Assembly (NCBI GenBank): GCA_035688265.1
Contig: DASSNE010000003.1
Span: forward strand, 12,890 to 76,889
DNA length: 64,000 bases
Source: Gammaproteobacteria bacterium
Lineage (GTDB): Bacteria; Pseudomonadota; Gammaproteobacteria; Natronospirales; DASSBR01
Direction of reading: 5' to 3'
The notes beneath the pieces were generated by a model. The model worked only from the letters and a program-made list of their open reading frames with translations. It searched no databases and was not told the origin of the DNA. Made by a program: the position numbers and the translations under genes. This document shows positions 62,455 to 64,000 of the stretch, in pieces; positions within the stretch are counted from its first letter, which is position 1; each line of letters starts with the position of its first letter.

Positions 62455-63311
62455 GAACCGGGCGCGGTATCGAGCGTCATTTCCAGCAAATGTATCCGCC
62501 GGCTGTCGGCGCTGATGACTTTGAATTCGCACGGCCCCAATCTCGTTTTTTCGCCCCGCCTCGGCATATGCGCGAACCCCTGCATCACGAGCCCGCCGAT
62601 GGTGTCGAACTCCTCGTCGCTGAACGTCGTGCCGAAATACTCGTTGAAATCCTCGACCAGCGTCAGCGCCTTCACCGTAAAGCGGCGTTCGCCGCGGCTC
62701 ACGATTTGGTTTTCCTCGTCGATGTCGTGCTCGTCGTCGATCTCGCCGACGATCTGTTCGAGCACGTCCTCGATCGTCACCAGTCCCGCGACACCGCCGT
62801 ACTCGTCGACGACGATCGCCATGTGGTTGCGGCTGGCGCGAAATTCCTTCAGCAGCATGTTGAGGCGCTTGCTCTCCGGAATGAACGATGTCGGCCGGAG
62901 ATACTCGCGCACGCTGAACGTCGCGCCCTCGCCTTCGGTGAAGTGCCGCAGCAGGTCCTTGGCCAGCACGATACCGGCGATCTCGTCGCGGCTCTCACCG
63001 ATCGCCGGGAAGCGCGAATGCCCGGATTCGATGATCAGCGGCAACAGGTCGGCGAGCGCGGCATCCTTGTCGATCACCACCATCTGCGAGCGCGGCACCA
63101 TCACGTCGCGCACCTGCATGTCCGCAACCTGGAGGACGCCTTCGAGCATCGCCAGCGCGTCGGCATCGAACAGTTCGCGTTCCTGCGCGTCACGCAGCAG
63201 TTCCAGCAATTCCTCGCGGTCGCGGGGTTCGCCGGCGAGTGCCTGGCCCAGGCGTTCAAACCAGGACCGGCTCTGCGCCGGCTGGGTACTGGGGTCGTCG
63301 TCTGACATCAA
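62451..63311 (-). CDS. corC: CorC/HlyC-family (CBS pair + transporter-associated domain) magnesium/cobalt efflux-related protein
   Basis: 286 aa with ..MLEGVLQVADMQVRDVMVPRSQMVVI..HMAIVVDEYGGVAGLVTIEDVLE.. Confidence 0.88.
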   Translation of the reverse strand: MMSDDDPSTQPAQSRSWFERLGQALAGEPRDREELLELLRDAQERELFDADALAMLEGVLQVADMQVRDVMVPRSQMVVIDKDAALADLLPLIIESGHSRFPAIGESRDEIAGIVLAKDLLRHFTEGEGATFSVREYLRPTSFIPESKRLNMLLKEFRASRNHMAIVVDEYGGVAGLVTIEDVLEQIVGEIDDEHDIDEENQIVSRGERRFTVKALTLVEDFNEYFGTTFSDEEFDTIGGLVMQGFAHMPRRGEKTRLGPCEFKVISADSRRIHLLEMTLDTAPGS

Positions 63312-63352
63312 TCGATCAGTCTCTGCTGAAAGGCTGCCATTCTACCAATAAC

Positions 63353-63432
63353 AGTGCCTAGGACTAAGTTCCTAGGACTGAGTACAAGAGGCGGCATCTT
63401 CACTTAGTCCTAGCGACTCAGTCCTAGGCACT
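63353..63432. repeat. 31-nt-arm imperfect inverted repeat built from CCTAGGACTNAGT units
   Basis: agtgcctaggactaagttcctaggactgagt ...16 nt... acttagtcctagcgactcagtcctaggcact, about 27/31 complementary. The right arm overlaps the ybeY stop codon by one base (63432). Confidence 0.85.
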
Positions 63433-63881
63433 CAGCCATAAGGGTCCGGATACCCAAGATCCGCCAGAATGACGGTCTCCAGCCCTTCCATCTCGTCGGC
63501 TTCCTTATCGTTCTGGTGGTCGAAGCCGATCAGGTGCAGGATGCCGTGCACCGTCAGGTGCGCCCAGTGCGCGTCGACCGCCTTGCCCTGCTGTTCAGCT
63601 TCGGCAACGACGACCGGACCGCAGATGACCAGGTCGCCGATCAGCGGCAGATCGACGCCGGGCGGCAACTCGGTCGGGAACGACAGCACGTTGGTCGGAC
63701 CTTCGCGATCGCGGTAGCGCCGGTTGAGCGACGCCCCTTCGTCGATGTCGACGATCCGGATCGCCACCTCGGCGTCCTCGCGGCGGCCAGCCAGCGCCGC
63801 CGCCACCCAGCGGCTGAATTCAGTTTCGCTCGGCGCCGCGCCGCCCATCCACGCCGACTCGACGTGAACGTCAATCACCAT
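63432..63881 (-). CDS. ybeY: rRNA maturation endoribonuclease YbeY
   Basis: 149 aa with ..[25 protein letters not shown].. Confidence 0.92.
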   Translation of the reverse strand: MVIDVHVESAWMGGAAPSETEFSRWVAAALAGRREDAEVAIRIVDIDEGASLNRRYRDREGPTNVLSFPTELPPGVDLPLIGDLVICGPVVVAEAEQQGKAVDAHWAHLTVHGILHLIGFDHQNDKEADEMEGLETVILADLGYPDPYG

Positions 63882-64000
63882 TGCGGTTACTGGACGCTTC
63901 GTAGGCCGTCACTATCCGCTGCACCAACGCGTGGCGCACGACGTCCTGCGCGCTGAAGAACGTGAAGCTGATGCCTTTCACGTCCTTGAGCACTTCGATC
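63871..64000 (-). CDS. phoH: PhoH-like ATPase (YbeZ), C-terminal fragment; 5' part outside the window
   Basis: Reverse-complement translation gives [42 protein letters not shown]. It overlaps the ybeY start by 11 nt. It is absent from the ORF track because it is truncated. Confidence 0.8.
   Translation of the reverse strand, partial: IEVLKDVKGISFTFFSAQDVVRHALVQRIVTAYEASSNRNGD

Overview
This is a GC-rich, densely coding chromosomal segment. Its gene content and order match a gammaproteobacterial core genome: ygfB-pepP-ubiH-ubiI // zapA-ssrS-ygfA; metK-ahcY; mpl-ubiX; phoH-ybeY-corC-lnt ... leuS-lptE-holA-nadD-rsfS-rlmH-maf-rng-yhdP-tldD. I cannot name the organism. I support about 58 protein-coding genes (two cut by the window edges), one 6S RNA, one SAH riboswitch, several terminator-like hairpins and a few families of intergenic repeats. 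I recognised no tRNA/rRNA, CRISPR array, transposase, integrase or phage genes. Many long ORFs in the six-frame track are antisense or N-terminally over-extended artefacts of the high GC content. The most interesting observations are: (i) a ~276-bp multi-hairpin repeat present twice in inverted orientation about 22.4 kb apart, whose longest stem differs between copies by paired, compensatory changes; (ii) an adenylate kinase carrying a ~150-aa histone-H1/AlgP-like Lys/Ala/Pro tail, plus a separate stand-alone H1-like gene; (iii) maf, whose conserved N-terminus lies upstream of any ATG/GTG/TTG and abuts the rlmH stop; (iv) a recurring arrangement of a -10-like hexamer 6-7 nt before the ATG with no Shine-Dalgarno (folA, thiD, rnd, tetR, an O-methyltransferase), suggesting leaderless mRNAs; (v) a TetR gene with paired palindromes facing a 1252-aa secreted BNR/FN3/PKD protein; (vi) a pfp-hppA pyrophosphate-energy module. 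All calls were made by eye from translations and remembered family motifs. No searches or computations were run, and start codons are best guesses.
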